64,000 bases of DNA from Glaucostegus cemiculus (taxonomy: Eukaryota). The position numbers and the translations under genes were made by a program. The notes under the pieces are model-generated. The model ran no database searches. It worked only from the letters and a program-made list of their open reading frames with translations, and was not told the DNA's origin. This document shows positions 61,728-64,000 of the stretch, in pieces. Numbering within the stretch: the stretch's first letter is position 1; each line of letters opens with the position of its first letter. The stretch spans positions 1,736,001 through 1,800,000 of the forward strand of contig CDPCPM010000104.1 of assembly GCA_976551045.1 (NCBI GenBank). Direction: 5' to 3'.

Positions 61728-61927
61728 CAAAAGCAAAACACTCCAGGTGCTGGCAGTCTGAAACAAAAAACAGAAAATACAGAAGCTGAAAATACTCAGA
61801 GGGTCAGGTAACATCTGTGAAGAGAGAAACAGGATTAACATTAGCTAACAAAGTCAACAGGTCCTGCTCTCTCCACTGACACTGCCTCGTCTGCTGAGTA
61901 TTTCCAGTATTTTCAGTTTTCGTTTTG
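61728..61927. mobile_element. Penelope-derived fold-back element
   Basis: Left arm aaaatactcagagggtcaggtaacatctgtgaagagagaaacag; right arm ctctctccactgacactgcctcgtctgctgagtatttccagtattttcagtttt. Confidence 0.75.
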
Positions 61928-62399
61928 GTGATGACAGCAGTAATTGTGAGAAAGTAGTGAAACCCACATTGAACTGTTTGGCAGCACAGGCAGTGAACTG
62001 ATGGACTTGCATTATGTTATATTGCAGCTCTAAATATCCATTTCAAAGGCTTGGCTGCTCAAGTTGTACAGTACCAGTCTCATATTTTAAGTATCTGGAA
62101 AAGTGAAATCCTCCCTTCGGAGGGAAAGAGGACGAAAGGTTTGTTGCTCTACCCCATCTTCCAGATTCTATCAATAAGCTCGAAAATCAGTGATAGAGAA
62201 AGCAAACAGAAGGACATGTCAGAGATCATTTTTCTGTGAAGGTAAAAGAGGAAAGACTAAAAAAAATAGAAAATAATAATTTGACTATAAATCCCAATTT
62301 TTCAAGAGTTGCTCAAAATAATTTCTCGATGGCAAGTGTTTTTTATAATAATGCATGAGAGAGATGGACTGGTTTCACATTCTCTCCAAGGGATTTAGA

Positions 62400-62565
62400 G
62401 GGTGAAATCATTCTTGAGCAATAGTGTAAGATGGACAATGAATTTCCATCCTGTTTTACATCTTGTCTGATTTTTGTGCATTTAATTTGGGGGGGGGGGG
62501 TAACTTCAAGTGGTGTGTGATATAATGGTCAATTCGTATGCTCATTCAAGACCAATTTTATTTCC
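62400..62565. mobile_element. Decayed MITE-like element with imperfect terminal inverted repeats and a central G-run
   Basis: gggtgaaatcattcttgagca vs tgctcattcaagaccaattttatttcc. Confidence 0.4.
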
Positions 62566-64000
62566 TGCACCTGTCTCCCATGCTGAAGAAAATGCCTGAG
62601 CTGTGTTCTTTAAATCAGAGCATTATTAAACCAAAACGTTGTTGTTAGCATTTTTGTCTGGAGTAATGAAATAATACCCAGCTAATTACCAATTAACCTG
62701 TCATGTCAGGGGTATTCTGCATAAAAACACCATAGTATGGTGAGTGCGCCTTTCAGTTTAGCTTCAGGGAAGTGATACTTTTGTCAGCAGTAACTCCAGA
62801 AACAGTGTATTCCCCCCATAGCTTTGCCAGTGTTAATATGGAATTAAAGACAAGTTTCTTTGGCCTCTGAAGACTCTGAGTCATAATATTAGCTTCCCTA
62901 AGCTTGCCATAAAATAAAGCATTGAGTAGCTAATGGCAGTTTCAGTGCCACAGATCTACAATAAAAGTACATAAGCATGGAATTTGGAAAATCTGATAGT
63001 TATTATAAATGACAGATAATGTGGACAAGAAATATGGAAAGAAAGGGCTGTTACACTTCACCTTTGCCAGATGCATAATGCACGTGTCCTGTAACTAGCA
63101 GAGATTCTTTGCACAACATTCCTGCAGTTATAATTCAGAGACTTCATTGGATTTAAGTAGTAAAACACGGGGTCACTGGAGTACTTGCCACCTTATAGTG
63201 TCCCTGCTTATAACACTAGTACAAACAGATGCACAAACAGTGAAACGCATACATTGACTCCTTTCCTTGCACTTGCATGTGAACACATGGAGAGGTGACT
63301 GTTTCCCTCCTATGTTTGCACAAGCAAACACACACACACAAACACGCACAGATTCCTCATTGCTTCTTGCATGCACACAAGTGCCTGTGCTCACTTTCAC
63401 ATTCAACCTATTCCCTGTTATTAACATAGAAGTGTGCTTCCACACTCACATGCACACTGGTGCAGATGGGCTGATATGAACTTTTGTTGCTAGATCTCCT
63501 TTTGTTGATTTTGTTTCTCTATTTTTCCAGATAGATCATTCTTTCAAGAGTCTGCAAAGATCCCCTGTAACAACAGCTGCACAGGTCTTTACACCAACCC
63601 CCCCCCCTGCCCCCCCCCCCACCAAACTTCTTTTCAGCAGGTCTCTCACTTTAGAAAACACGCTTCATTACATCGCCTCTTACTTGAGCTGCAAGGGCCC
63701 ATTCAAGGAAGATAAGCCTCTTAGAAATGAAGTAGCGTTGAGTTTAGGTTGTGACTGACAGCAGGAAGGTTTATCCATTGAGTGGACAATACTGCATTCT
63801 CTACATTAATCTAGGAGGCGGACAATGATCTGTTTCTAGGCCACATCGCATCTCTTTCCCACAGCAGAAGGTGATTAGAGTTAAGAAACAGGGACTGAGA
63901 AAGAAAGCAGAGCACTATCTCTTCAGTCCTCCTGCTTCCTCCATGTATATTAAGGAAGTTCTAGGCCAAATACATCAATCACAGATTCACATTCAGGATG

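Noticed and set aside
1-64000. Most short ORFs in the six-frame track as host genes
   Set aside because: Eukaryotic non-coding context; 60-140 aa with no recognisable domains; many start at TTG/GTG. The interpretable ones are TE fragments.

Overview
AT-rich, CpG-depleted vertebrate DNA that is non-coding as far as I can tell. The repeat repertoire points to a cartilaginous fish, probably a ray/batoid (inference from recalled family signatures, no database search): V-domain tRNA-SINEs, DeuSINE-like and MetaSINE-like SINEs, CR1, L2 and Rex1/Babar LINE 3' fragments, Penelope-like terminal repeats and PIF/Harbinger relics. I found no recognisable intact host gene, rRNA, tRNA or CRISPR array. Every ORF I can interpret is a transposon relic. 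The window reads like a large intron or gene desert: fossil TEs separated by motif-dense unique blocks that look like conserved non-coding elements. Highlights: (1) one SINE body carrying either a Rex1-type or a CR1-type 3' tail; (2) Penelope-derived fold-back elements with degenerate hammerhead cores, one collapsed into an 85-nt pre-miRNA-like hairpin; (3) a three-layer nested insertion (CR1 in a Penelope fold-back in a DeuSINE); (4) several decayed two-gene Harbinger units, including an ungapped 112-bp direct repeat flanking a transposase relic; (5) a ~430-bp fold-back element and smaller hairpins with similar centre motifs; (6) a solo LTR with internal duplications. I did not find evidence for a clearly new biological system. 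Boundaries were read by eye and are approximate.
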